From a virus (taxonomy: Duplodnaviria; Caudoviricetes), in IMG/VR virus record IMGVR_UViG_3300033074_000984: a stretch of 64,000 nucleotides of DNA; one strand, written 5' to 3'. The notes beneath the pieces are model-generated. The model was not told where the DNA came from, searched no databases, and saw only the letters and a list, made by a program, of their open reading frames with translations. Shown here in pieces: positions 38,255-47,183 of this stretch; within the stretch, counting starts at the first letter, position 1; the number at the start of each line of letters is the position of its first letter. Both the position numbers and the translations under genes were made by a program.

Positions 38255-38818
38255 GTGCCATTTAAGATCGAAGACTTCAAGGCGCGGGGAATCCCGTACG
38301 GCGGCGCTCGTCCTGCCCTCTTCGAGGTCATCATGTCAACGCCACAGTTCGTAACTGGTGACGCGTCAAAGATCTCTTTCCAGTGCATGGCGGCTCAGAT
38401 CCCGCCAGCGACTGTAGGAGTCATCGAGGTGCCGTACTTCGGCCGTAAGGCTAAGGTTGCGGGCGATCGAGTGTTCCCGGACTGGACCATCAACGTCATC
38501 AACGACGAAGACTTCCCAGTTCGTGACATCATGGAGCAGTGGTCGAACGGCATCAACACGCTCGAGAACAACCTGCGACTGGGCGACACCATCGAGTCCT
38601 ACAAGACGACGAGCGACGCGCTCGTCACGCAGTACTCCAAGAGCGGCGTCATCCTTAGGCAGTACAAGCTGATCAGCTGCTGGCCGAACAACGTCGAGGC
38701 CATCAACCTCGACTGGGACCGCACTAACGCGATCGAGACCTTCGCGGTCACCCTGTCCTACGACTACTGGATACTCAACAGCACCCAGGGCCTTCCCCAG
38801 GGTGACGTGATCGAGTAA
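38255..38818 (+). CDS. gp19: Tail tube protein gp19
   Basis: GGARPALFEV, VPYFGR..KVAGDR.F..WTI.VINDEDF, IETF.VTLSYDYW. Confidence 0.95.
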   Translation: MPFKIEDFKARGIPYGGARPALFEVIMSTPQFVTGDASKISFQCMAAQIPPATVGVIEVPYFGRKAKVAGDRVFPDWTINVINDEDFPVRDIMEQWSNGINTLENNLRLGDTIESYKTTSDALVTQYSKSGVILRQYKLISCWPNNVEAINLDWDRTNAIETFAVTLSYDYWILNSTQGLPQGDVIE

Positions 38819-38845
38819 CCGAGGCTCTCTAGCCTCGACAGCTCT

Positions 38846-38853
38846 AATAAATA
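38846..38853 (+). promoter_or_regulatory. T4-type late promoter (AATAAATA)
   Basis: Between two hairpins upstream of gp20. Confidence 0.6.
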
Positions 38854-38854
38854 G

Positions 38855-38881
38855 AGAGCGGGGCATCGACCCCGCTCTTTT
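38855..38881 (+). terminator. Rho-independent terminator after gp19
   Basis: AGAGCGGGG-CATCGA-CCCCGCTCT stem followed by a short T run. Confidence 0.7.
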
Positions 38882-38896
38882 CGTATAGGAACGTAG

Positions 38897-40612
38897 ATGG
38901 CATTTTCTATTTTTGGTTGGGAGATCACTCGCAAGCGAGAGCTCGAGAAAGAGGCTCCCAGTTTCGCCCCGAAGGAGAGAGACGACGGCGCGGTGGTCGT
39001 CGCGCCGGGCGGCTCCTTCGGCACCTACGTCGACCTCGACGGCACTGTCCGTACAGAGACAGAGCTCGTCTCGAAGTATCGAGACATGGCGTTCCACCCT
39101 GAGGTGGACAGCGCGATTGACGAGATCGTAAACGAGTCGATCTCTATGGACGAGCCAAAGCCCGTCGCTATCGTGCTCGACGAGTTGGACGACGTTCCTG
39201 GCGCAGACTCACTCAAAGACGCCATTCAAGCCGAGTTCGAGAACGTCCTGAAGCTGCTCGAGTTCGCCGACCACGGCTACGACATATACCGTCAGTGGTA
39301 CATCGATGGAAGACTCTATTATCACGTCATCATCGACGAGAGCGACCTCGCTTCAGGTATCAAGGAGCTTCGATTCATCGACCCGCGCAAGATCCGTAAG
39401 ATCCGCGAGGTGGCGCAGAAGAAGCTTATCCCAGACCCACAGACGTCCAGCGTCAACGTCGACTCTACTCAGACACAGAGCGAGTACTACGTCTATACGG
39501 AGAAGGGATTCAGCGTACAAAACCGCATGAACCCCACGGCGACTGTCGGCATCCGCATCGCGGCAGACGCGATCATTCAGGTCGTGTCTGGCTTGACTGA
39601 CGTCAATCGCACGATGGTGCTCTCTTACCTCCACAAGGCGATCAAGAGGCTCAACCAGCTTCGAACTCTCGAAGACGCCAGCGTCATCTATCGACTCGCG
39701 AGAGCGCCTGAGAGACGCGTATGGTTCATAGACGTCGGCAACCTTCCAAAGATGAAGGCTGAGCAGTACGTTCGAGAGATCATGGTCAGACACAAGAACC
39801 GGCTCGTCTACGACTCCGCTACGGGCGAGATTCGAGACGACCGTAAGTTCATGACTATGCTAGAGGACTACTGGCTACCACGACGAGAGGGCGGCAAGGG
39901 CACCGACGTCGAAACGCTCCCGGCTGGCCAGAACCTCGGCGAGATGGAAGACGTCTTGTATTTCCAAAAGAAGCTCTACGAGTCGCTCAACGTGCCCGTC
40001 GGTCGCATCGACTCAGAGAACAGCATCTTTCCTGGTAACCAGACGAGCCAGATCACTCGCGAAGAGCTCAAGTTTGGCAAGTTCGTCGCTCGACTTCGCA
40101 ACAAGTTCTCGACGCTGTTCATATCTGCTCTTGAACGGCAGCTCGTGCTCAAGGGCATCTTGACGTACGACGAGTGGCTCGAGTTCCGCGACAAGATCAA
40201 GTTCGAGTACGCTCGCGACAGCTATCATGCTGAGGTCAAGGACAACGAGATCATGATGGGGCGTCTAACGACGCTCCAGATGATCGAGCCCTACATCGGA
40301 CGAATGTACTCTAACAACTGGGTGAGAAGGAACATCCTCAAGCAGCAGGACGACCAGATCGACGAGATAGACGCTGAGATCGCTGAAGAGGCTCTTGACC
40401 CACGATGGAACCCGCCGATGCCCGTTGACCAGAACGGCGAGCCGATGGCTCCTGAGCAGGGCGTTGACCCGACTGAGCAACAGGGGCTTCCAATGGATCC
40501 AACGCAACAGCAACAGCCGTATCCAGAAGACGAAGAGCCACCGACAGAGCCACAGGCCACGTCACGACTCAGCGCGAAGCGCCTGCTGCGCGTAGTAAAT
40601 CGCGCGCTATAA
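38897..40612 (+). CDS. gp20: Portal protein gp20
   Basis: HPEVDSAIDEIVNE, WYIDGRLYYH, YRLARAPERRV.FIDVGNLPK.KAEQY, EDYWLPRREGG. Confidence 0.97.
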   Translation: MAFSIFGWEITRKRELEKEAPSFAPKERDDGAVVVAPGGSFGTYVDLDGTVRTETELVSKYRDMAFHPEVDSAIDEIVNESISMDEPKPVAIVLDELDDVPGADSLKDAIQAEFENVLKLLEFADHGYDIYRQWYIDGRLYYHVIIDESDLASGIKELRFIDPRKIRKIREVAQKKLIPDPQTSSVNVDSTQTQSEYYVYTEKGFSVQNRMNPTATVGIRIAADAIIQVVSGLTDVNRTMVLSYLHKAIKRLNQLRTLEDASVIYRLARAPERRVWFIDVGNLPKMKAEQYVREIMVRHKNRLVYDSATGEIRDDRKFMTMLEDYWLPRREGGKGTDVETLPAGQNLGEMEDVLYFQKKLYESLNVPVGRIDSENSIFPGNQTSQITREELKFGKFVARLRNKFSTLFISALERQLVLKGILTYDEWLEFRDKIKFEYARDSYHAEVKDNEIMMGRLTTLQMIEPYIGRMYSNNWVRRNILKQQDDQIDEIDAEIAEEALDPRWNPPMPVDQNGEPMAPEQGVDPTEQQGLPMDPTQQQQPYPEDEEPPTEPQATSRLSAKRLLRVVNRAL

Positions 40613-40615
40613 ATA
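40608..40615 (+). promoter_or_regulatory. T4 late promoter (TATAAATA)
   Basis: Perfect consensus upstream of the prohead core genes. Confidence 0.75.
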
Positions 40616-40633
40616 AGAAAGAGGTAAAACGAC

Positions 40634-40861
40634 ATGCCAGTTTCAGACATTCTCGACGCAGCCCTTGGTTCAGACCCAGACGCGTTTCGACAAGCCTTCA
40701 ATGACGAGATGTCAGCACGTCTTTCAGCGGCTGTGAGTGACAAGCGCTTGCAGCTCGCGGCTTCGCTCTTTGCTAACCCCGAGGTCGAGCCTGAAGAGGC
40801 TGAAGACCCCGACCAACCCGAGGAAGAACAAGAAGACGATGTCGGAACCGAAGACGCTTAA
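40634..40861 (+). CDS. gp67: Prohead core protein, gp67-like
   Basis: Short helical protein with acidic tail immediately after the portal. Confidence 0.6.
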   Translation: MPVSDILDAALGSDPDAFRQAFNDEMSARLSAAVSDKRLQLAASLFANPEVEPEEAEDPDQPEEEQEDDVGTEDA

Positions 40862-41648
40862 GAAGGTTATCGGTCGCTTCGCCGGCAAGGAGCAGGCGTA
40901 CAAGAAGGCCGAAGAGGACCACCCCATCGAGGTGCATGACGACGGCTCAGGCACGGGCGCTGAGCAGGCGAAGAAGCTCGCACCCTATGACCGTAAGAAG
41001 AACCGCATGGGCGTCAACTCTGATGAGAAGGTCGAGGGCGTGTCAGAGTCTGCACCTCCAGGACGAGAAGACCAGGTCAAGGCGCTAAAGAAGAAGTTCC
41101 CAAAGCAGGCGGCTTACAAGATCGCTTGGAGCCAGTATCGCAAGAAGCAAGCCGTCAAAGAGGAGCAGCAGCTTGACGAGCTGACCGGTAAGGGCAAGCT
41201 CGGTGCGATCGCAACGCATCACTTCAACCAGTCTATCGAGACCGGCAAAGAGTGGCCGCCAAAGCCAGCAGATCGCGAGCGATCAAAGAAGCACTCAGAG
41301 CAGTACTCAAGGGCCCAGAACCTCAAGAGCCTCGCTGCGTGGCCTGCTGCTCAGAGAGACGCCGTCCGCAAGGGTAAGGTCGGCGGCACTCGACCGCTCG
41401 CTGGCGCAGACGCAGAGGTGCAAAAGCGAAAGAAGAAGCTCGCAGAGGGACTCGAGAACGACCCGCGCATCTCAAAGCGCTTCAGAGCTATAATGAAGCA
41501 CACTGACAATTATCTCAAGAAGCGCCACATGGACATCATCACGAGAGCGAGAGCTGGACACAGCGTCGAGCAGATCGCTAGCGACTTGAAGATCCATCCC
41601 GGCATCGTTGACGCCTCTATTCGTGCAGAGCCAAGGGTGAAGAAGTGA
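40839..41648 (+). CDS. Basic prohead core / internal protein
   Basis: Start moved to ATG 40839; VSE, VKEE, LDELT and LAE motifs separate basic modules. Confidence 0.55.
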   Translation: MSEPKTLKKVIGRFAGKEQAYKKAEEDHPIEVHDDGSGTGAEQAKKLAPYDRKKNRMGVNSDEKVEGVSESAPPGREDQVKALKKKFPKQAAYKIAWSQYRKKQAVKEEQQLDELTGKGKLGAIATHHFNQSIETGKEWPPKPADRERSKKHSEQYSRAQNLKSLAAWPAAQRDAVRKGKVGGTRPLAGADAEVQKRKKKLAEGLENDPRISKRFRAIMKHTDNYLKKRHMDIITRARAGHSVEQIASDLKIHPGIVDASIRAEPRVKK

Positions 41649-41902
41649 GCATCATACGACTAAAAGGAGCACAAGCGTCAGTCAACGCAACGCCTAGCAG
41701 CTTCTCCAACGCGAGCCTACTGTACGTCTACAACGGCGGCACCGTGGCTACGATCAGCGTTGTCAGCTCTGCTAACGTGGCTGTGGGGTCCATGACCGTA
41801 GGCGCTAGCAAGGACGTTCTCCTTGAAAAGGCTCCCACAGACGTCATTTCATCTAACACTGCGTCTGGCGTAGTAGCTACGCCTGTAGCCTACAGGAACT
41901 AA
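41645..41902 (+). CDS. Small beta-rich virion protein
   Basis: GTGA coupling; LEKAPTD.I...V.ATPVAY pattern found upstream of gp21 in T4-like phages. Confidence 0.6.
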   Translation: MSIIRLKGAQASVNATPSSFSNASLLYVYNGGTVATISVVSSANVAVGSMTVGASKDVLLEKAPTDVISSNTASGVVATPVAYRN

Positions 41903-41904
41903 CG

Positions 41905-42564
41905 ATGGGACTAAAGCTCATAAGAGAGGCCGTAGAGGACCTTCGAGTCGTTGTCACTGAAGAGGCAGAGCGCCCCAAGCAGCTCTATCTCGAAGGGATA
42001 TTCCTACAAGCCGGCATCAAGAACCGCAACGGTCGCGTCTACCCTCCAGAGGTCATGGAAGAGAGCGTCAACCGATACGTGACTGATCGCGTCAAGCGGG
42101 GCAACGCGTTCGGTGAGTTCGGCCACCCTAACACCCCGTCTATAAACCCAGAGCGAATCTCGCATCGCATTGTCAGTCTGACTCGTGAGGGCAACAACTG
42201 GATCGGACGGGCTCTTGTCTTGGACGAGGGCTACGGCAAGATCGCGCGAAACATCATCGAGACCGGGGGAACTCTCGGCATGTCGTCGCGCTCTCTCGGC
42301 TCTCTCAAAGAGCAGAACGGTGTGTCGTACGTTCAAGAGGGACTCGACATACGAACGGCCGGAGACATCGTCACCGACCCGTCAGCGCCTGATGCGTGGA
42401 TGACAGGTATCATGGAGAACGAGGAGTGGGTGTTAGACGCTACTCGCGGCTGGCAGATGCGTGAGATCGTTCATGAACAGCGAAAAGAGATGAGACGCTT
42501 GTCTGTTCGTCAGCTCGAGGAGCAGAAGCTCGCTCAGTTTGCGCGCTATCTTAAGACACTCTAA
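41905..42564 (+). CDS. gp21: Prohead protease gp21
   Basis: LYLEGIFLQ..IKNRNGRVYP, GEFGHP, GMSSRSLGSL, DIVTDPSAPDA. Confidence 0.96.
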   Translation: MGLKLIREAVEDLRVVVTEEAERPKQLYLEGIFLQAGIKNRNGRVYPPEVMEESVNRYVTDRVKRGNAFGEFGHPNTPSINPERISHRIVSLTREGNNWIGRALVLDEGYGKIARNIIETGGTLGMSSRSLGSLKEQNGVSYVQEGLDIRTAGDIVTDPSAPDAWMTGIMENEEWVLDATRGWQMREIVHEQRKEMRRLSVRQLEEQKLAQFARYLKTL

Positions 42565-42566
42565 AC

Positions 42567-42574
42567 CATAAATA
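42567..42574 (+). promoter_or_regulatory. T4-type late promoter (CATAAATA)
   Basis: Intergenic box upstream of gp22. Confidence 0.65.
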
Positions 42575-42607
42575 TCAAACGAGACAACGCCAAGGAGCTA
42601 TGACGCA

Positions 42608-43654
42608 ATGCCGAAGAAGGTAAAGACGCCCGAGTCTGAGATGATCGAGGAAGACGGCACCACGGCTGCCGCGCAGTCCCTCGCGCCGAACTCGGCGCCG
42701 GCGGACGACGCGCGTTCTCGAACCGAACTCATGGCAGCTATCCTCGGAGACCTCGCGAAGATAGAGGTCTCGGATCTCGCGAAGCTTCACGACCAGGTGC
42801 TCGCACAGAACAGCAAGCAGTTCGCGTCGTCTATCCCAGACGGTCGTGCTGAAGAGCTCCGTAGCACCATCGACCCAGCGGTTCCTCCGGCCAGCGCCAG
42901 CCTCAAGGCTGCGGTCAAGGAAGACGTCGAGAACCTCTTCAGTGGGGAGCAGGACCTCTCTGAGGAGTTCCGTGAGAAGACCGCAACTCTGTTTGAGGCG
43001 GCGGTTGACGCTCGAGTCGCTGTAGAGGTCGCTCGACTCGAAGAGCAGGTCTCAGCCGACTCAGACTCTCTCATCGAGCACGTCACGGTCGCGATGATCG
43101 ACAAGCTCGACAGCTACCTCAACGTTGTGACCGAGGAGTGGCTGAAGGAGAACGAGGTCGCCGTTGAGAGCTCGCTTCGAAACGAGCTGACGATGGAGTT
43201 CATTGAGGGTCTCAAGGGACTGTTCGCTGAACACTACATCGAGATCCCTGAAGACAAGGTCGACGTCGTCGAGAACCTCTCACAGAAGGTTGACCGTCTC
43301 AGTGAGCAGCTCGACAGCGCTATCACTGAGATAAACTCGCTTCGCGAGGAGAAGGTGCAGCGCACGCGCGAAGACATCGTATCTGAGTGTGCAGATAGCC
43401 TGTCGCTCGCTCAGGCGGAGAAACTCTGGAGTCTCTCAGAGAGCATCGACTTCGAGGATGAAGACACCTTCAAGAAGAAGGTTCTCACTCTTCGAGAGAG
43501 CGCCTTCACACAGAAGGCTCGAGCGTCCCAAAAGACTGGAACTCGCCAGCTCACTGAAGCTACAGAGGACCAGCCCGAGGCTGGTGTCAAGTACACCGAC
43601 GCCAACGTTCGCCGCTACGCCGAGCAGATCGCGCGCAGCTATCAGCCGGCGTAA
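42608..43654 (+). CDS. gp22: Prohead scaffold protein gp22
   Basis: LSEEF.EK..TLFEAAV, DSYL..V.EEWLKENEVA, GLK.LF.EHYIEIPEDKVDVV. Confidence 0.93.
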   Translation: MPKKVKTPESEMIEEDGTTAAAQSLAPNSAPADDARSRTELMAAILGDLAKIEVSDLAKLHDQVLAQNSKQFASSIPDGRAEELRSTIDPAVPPASASLKAAVKEDVENLFSGEQDLSEEFREKTATLFEAAVDARVAVEVARLEEQVSADSDSLIEHVTVAMIDKLDSYLNVVTEEWLKENEVAVESSLRNELTMEFIEGLKGLFAEHYIEIPEDKVDVVENLSQKVDRLSEQLDSAITEINSLREEKVQRTREDIVSECADSLSLAQAEKLWSLSESIDFEDEDTFKKKVLTLRESAFTQKARASQKTGTRQLTEATEDQPEAGVKYTDANVRRYAEQIARSYQPA

Positions 43655-43666
43655 GTTCGGCAGCTT

Positions 43667-43674
43667 TATAAATA
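43667..43674 (+). promoter_or_regulatory. T4 late promoter (TATAAATA)
   Basis: Perfect consensus upstream of gp23. Confidence 0.75.
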
Positions 43675-43714
43675 ACTCATCAGCGCCCAGAAGAAGGGAA
43701 AGAGGAGCCAAAAA

Positions 43715-45097
43715 ATGCAGGTAGTCAAGGAAAGCGTCCTCAACAAGTGGAGGCCGATCCTCGAGCACCCCGATCTGGGTGGTGACATCCGTGACCCGTA
43801 TCGCAAGCGCGTGGTCGCTCAGATTCTCGAGAACACAGAGCACGTTGCTATCACCGAGAACCAGATCGACGCTCGCAACCTGATCTCGGAGACGAGCTCT
43901 ACGGTTCCCGCGAACTTCATGGGCGCGTCGTCCTCTACGGCAGGCGCTGGCGGCATCGACATCTTCGACCCCGTCATGATCAGTCTGCTTCGGCGAAGCA
44001 TGCCAAACCTCATGGCGTTCGACGTCGGCGGCGTTCAGCCAATGAAGGGCCCGGTCAGCCTCATCTTCGCGATGCGATCTCGCTACGCGAACCAGGCCGG
44101 TAACGAGACGTTCTACAACGAGGTCAACACTGCGTGGTCAACCGTCGTAGGTGGCGCCAACACCATCGGTGACAAGCACACCGGTACGGTCCCGTTTGAC
44201 CCCACCGGCGCTAACACGCTCCCTTACGCTAACCTGGCGTCACAGGGCATCTACAACTACGCCGACGCGATGAGCACGGCGCAGGCTGAGGCGCTCGGCT
44301 CAGACTCCAACACCGCGTTCGCTGAGATGGCGTTCAGCATCGAGAAGGTCTCGGCGACTGCCGGCTCTCGAGCGCTCGCCGCGGGCTACACCATGGAGAT
44401 GGCCCAGGACCTCAAGACCATTCACGGCCTTGACGCTGAGAGCGAGCTCTCTGACATCCTGACCTCTGAGATCCTTGCTGAGATCAACCGCGAGTTCGTC
44501 CGCACGATCAACGTCTGCGCTAAGCAGGGCGCTCAGACGAACACGACGACGGCTGGCGTCTTCGACCTCGACACCGACTCCAACGGCCGCTGGCTCGTTG
44601 AGAAGTTCAAGGGCATGATGTTCCTGCTCGAGCGCGAGGCTAACCAGATCGCGAAGGACACCCGTCGAGGCAAGGGTAACATCGTCATCTGCTCGTCCGA
44701 CGTGGCGTCGGCCCTCCAGATGGCTGGCATCCTGGACTACACCCCCGCCCTCAACGGCAACAACCTCCAGGTCGACGACACCGGCAACACGTTCGCTGGC
44801 GTACTCAATGGCAGGATCAAGGTCTATATCGACCCGTACTCGGCCGGTGGTCAGTACTTCACCATGGGATACCGAGGCGCGTCTCCGTTTGACGCCGGCA
44901 TCTTCTACTGCCCGTACGTTCCGCTCCAGATGGTGCGCGCTACGGACCAGGGGACCTTCCACCCCCGTATCGGCTTCAAGACCCGATACGCGGTCGTCCC
45001 GAACCCCTTCGCTCAGGGACTCACGCGAGGTTACGCGAACCTAGTGAAGGACTCGAACGTCTACTACCGCCGCGTGGCGGTCATGAACCTGATGTGA
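43715..45097 (+). CDS. gp23: Major capsid protein gp23
   Basis: KWRPILEH, GVQPM.GP..LIFAMRSRY, EMAFSIEK, FYCPYVPLQM, GFKTRY. Confidence 0.98.
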   Translation: MQVVKESVLNKWRPILEHPDLGGDIRDPYRKRVVAQILENTEHVAITENQIDARNLISETSSTVPANFMGASSSTAGAGGIDIFDPVMISLLRRSMPNLMAFDVGGVQPMKGPVSLIFAMRSRYANQAGNETFYNEVNTAWSTVVGGANTIGDKHTGTVPFDPTGANTLPYANLASQGIYNYADAMSTAQAEALGSDSNTAFAEMAFSIEKVSATAGSRALAAGYTMEMAQDLKTIHGLDAESELSDILTSEILAEINREFVRTINVCAKQGAQTNTTTAGVFDLDTDSNGRWLVEKFKGMMFLLEREANQIAKDTRRGKGNIVICSSDVASALQMAGILDYTPALNGNNLQVDDTGNTFAGVLNGRIKVYIDPYSAGGQYFTMGYRGASPFDAGIFYCPYVPLQMVRATDQGTFHPRIGFKTRYAVVPNPFAQGLTRGYANLVKDSNVYYRRVAVMNLM

Positions 45098-45138
45098 GAT
45101 TACATTTTTGTAATCTTCCTAAATTTAGGATTGCTAAG

Positions 45139-45171
45139 CATAAATACCTCCGAGGAAACTTGGAGGTATTT
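45139..45171 (+). promoter_or_regulatory. Late promoter (CATAAATA) overlapping an RBS-sequestering GAAA-tetraloop hairpin
   Basis: AAATACCTCCGAG-GAAA-CTTGGAGGTATTT, a 13-bp stem (one G-U) containing GGAGG. Confidence 0.8.
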
Positions 45172-45173
45172 TT

Positions 45174-45926
45174 ATGTCTGAAACTTACGGATTCGTTTAT
45201 GTTTGGAGAGACGCAAAAAAGAATCGCTACTATGTCGGTAGTCATTGGGGAAGAGAAGATGACGGGTATATATGCAGCTCTCCGTGGATGAAACGCGCAC
45301 ACGCCAATAGACCTAGAGATTTTAAGAGACGTATAGTCAAGCGAGTTTATTCTAATAGACTCGATCTTTATGAAGAAGAGAATAGATGGCTCTCGATGAT
45401 AAAACCGGAAGAGATGAACACTCGAATAAAATCGCGTGACGGCCCTCGAAAATCGATAAAATACTATAATCTTCAAAAGATAGCAAAACCACAAAAGTCT
45501 ACCGATCGTCAAAAGCCGCAGATGACGCCTGAGCAGCTAGCAGAGCGCGGTAGAAAGATATCAGAGGCTAAACAGAAAAGGGCTGCGGAGAGAGAAGCAG
45601 CTACCGGCTCAAGAATTTCAGAGCGATTCGCTGCAGCTAGAGCAGCTTCTAGAGGACCGAACGGACGAAAACACACACCTGAATGGAAGGCTGAGAACGG
45701 TGTTCGACTAAGAGCACGAAACGCCGGCGCACACATAGTGACGTGCCCAGTTTGTGGAGTCTCTGGGAAGTCGTTCGCTATGAAGCGCTGGCACTTCGAC
45801 AACTGTAGAGGCCCTAAGAAGCGAAGCACGACGCATGCAGAGCGTTGGGCAGATCCAACGTGGAGCACGATGATGCGGCAGCGTCTACGAGAAGGGTCCG
45901 CAAGAAGACAGCTCCATACGAACTAA
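45174..45926 (+). CDS. Seg-like GIY-YIG homing endonuclease, copy 4
   Basis: YGFVYVWRD....YYVGSHWGREDDGYICSS; GRKHTPE and CPVC..HFDNC modules. Confidence 0.85.
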   Translation: MSETYGFVYVWRDAKKNRYYVGSHWGREDDGYICSSPWMKRAHANRPRDFKRRIVKRVYSNRLDLYEEENRWLSMIKPEEMNTRIKSRDGPRKSIKYYNLQKIAKPQKSTDRQKPQMTPEQLAERGRKISEAKQKRAAEREAATGSRISERFAAARAASRGPNGRKHTPEWKAENGVRLRARNAGAHIVTCPVCGVSGKSFAMKRWHFDNCRGPKKRSTTHAERWADPTWSTMMRQRLREGSARRQLHTN

Positions 45927-45956
45927 AAAGGGGCCCTCACGGGCCCCTTTTCTTTT
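45926..45956. terminator. Bidirectional Rho-independent terminator
   Basis: AAAAGGGGCCC-TCAC-GGGCCCCTTTT between convergent genes. Confidence 0.85.
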
Positions 45957-46260
45957 ATGCATCTTCCAGCTCGCAATCACTCGTCTCAGTGAGCTCTACT
46001 TTAAAGATGGCTGAGACGTCGACCTCCTTGATGGGTCGAAATCGACTGAGCCAGAAGCACTTGCAACGACGAACGCCATGAACGCTCTGAACACCGGCGT
46101 CTTCTGGCTCGAAGTCAGCCAGCAAGACTGGTACGTCGTCCAAACGGGTGTTAAGGTGCTTGGCGTGGCAAGTTCCCTTTACGAAGTACTCCTTCCAAAG
46201 GACGAGTCCTGACGGAGCGCCGTCTTCCGACAAGCTGTCGTCAACGCATATGACTCGCAT
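45955..46260 (-). CDS. Hypothetical protein
   Basis: MRVICVDD start behind GAGGAG RBS; ends at the bidirectional terminator. Confidence 0.6.
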   Translation of the reverse strand: MRVICVDDSLSEDGAPSGLVLWKEYFVKGTCHAKHLNTRLDDVPVLLADFEPEDAGVQSVHGVRRCKCFWLSRFRPIKEVDVSAIFKVELTETSDCELEDA

Positions 46261-46459
46261 CTCTCTCCTCAAGATGACTAAAGCCCGCTACGTGATCGTC
46301 GTCAATGTCTGGCGACAAGAAGTGCAGGCCGCGGGCGCATGGAACGTAGAAGAAGCCCTCGTTGGACTTCACTACGACCTTGGCGCCGAGCTCCAGGCAG
46401 TCGTGACCGTCTTCTGCAACGATCACGTCACCAGCGCTGAGCTTAGAGTACGTCAGCAT
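46241..46459 (-). CDS. Hypothetical protein
   Basis: MLTYSKLSAGDVIVAEDGHDC...YVPC..G.HFL; packed in the minus-strand block. Confidence 0.55.
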   Translation of the reverse strand: MLTYSKLSAGDVIVAEDGHDCLELGAKVVVKSNEGFFYVPCARGLHFLSPDIDDDHVAGFSHLEERDASHMR

Positions 46460-46461
46460 CG

Positions 46462-46689
46462 TTACGCCGCCGAACGAAACACAGACGCGTTGAGATAGAG
46501 CTCCGGCTCTTTGACAACGACCGGCGGGCCGCCCTCGCGCCGAAGAGCTCGAGCGCGCTTCTTGACACCCGACCACTCAGTCAGACGAAGCCGGCTTGTG
46601 CCAGGACGGCGATGATAGCGAGACGGACGGTGCGGAGCGGCGTTGACAGGAATGTCGAGCCACCAAGCGATAGAGGGCTTCATAGTCAA
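46462..46689 (-). CDS. Hypothetical protein
   Basis: Fills the gap between neighbouring minus-strand ORFs; no recognised motif. Confidence 0.4.
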   Translation of the reverse strand: MTMKPSIAWWLDIPVNAAPHRPSRYHRRPGTSRLRLTEWSGVKKRARALRREGGPPVVVKEPELYLNASVFRSAA

Positions 46690-46877
46690 GGCTTCAGTCT
46701 CCCGTTGTTATGCTCGCGAACCAGCTCCACGAGCGCCTTCGAGGTCTGCGCGTAAGCGAACGCCGCCATGAGTCGAGCAACGTGCTCGCGTTGATCGGGC
46801 GTAAGCTTCCACTCGTTTGGCCAGAACGTGGACAGCATGCCCTCCGCCTGGTCCTGAATAGTCTTACTCTTCGTCAT
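46686..46877 (-). CDS. Hypothetical protein
   Basis: MTKSKTIQDQAE start with GAGG RBS. Confidence 0.5.
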   Translation of the reverse strand: MTKSKTIQDQAEGMLSTFWPNEWKLTPDQREHVARLMAAFAYAQTSKALVELVREHNNGRLKP

Positions 46878-47109
46878 CGAACCTCTGTATCTTCCAAGAA
46901 GTCTGCACCTCTCCGTCGTCACCGGTCACCGCAACGATCATAGCCACCGGACACGGAAACAGGTTAACACCGAACTCTTCGATCCAGTCAAACGCGTCCT
47001 GGGCGGTGTCAAACACGCCGCCGACAGGCATCCCCAGGCACTCTGGCTTGGTAGCGCCTAACGGACTGAAAAAGAGCATCGCGATCGGAGTGTGCTTCTT
47101 AGAGCGCAT
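46864..47109 (-). CDS. Hypothetical protein (start uncertain)
   Basis: Part of ORF 46864-47271; non-overlapping ATG at 47109 chosen. Confidence 0.35.
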   Translation of the reverse strand: MRSKKHTPIAMLFFSPLGATKPECLGMPVGGVFDTAQDAFDWIEEFGVNLFPCPVAMIVAVTGDDGEVQTSWKIQRFDDEE

Positions 47110-47183
47110 CTTTCTAATAGAGAAGCTGACCCAGTGAGGCAGCAGCACCGACCAGTTAGAGAACTCTAGAGGCGTAGAAGTCT

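Noticed and set aside
109-44962. Many 60-240-aa minus-strand and alternate-frame ORFs over the structural genes
   Set aside because: Expected shadows of GC-rich codon bias; no RBS or recognisable motifs, and fully nested in well-supported genes
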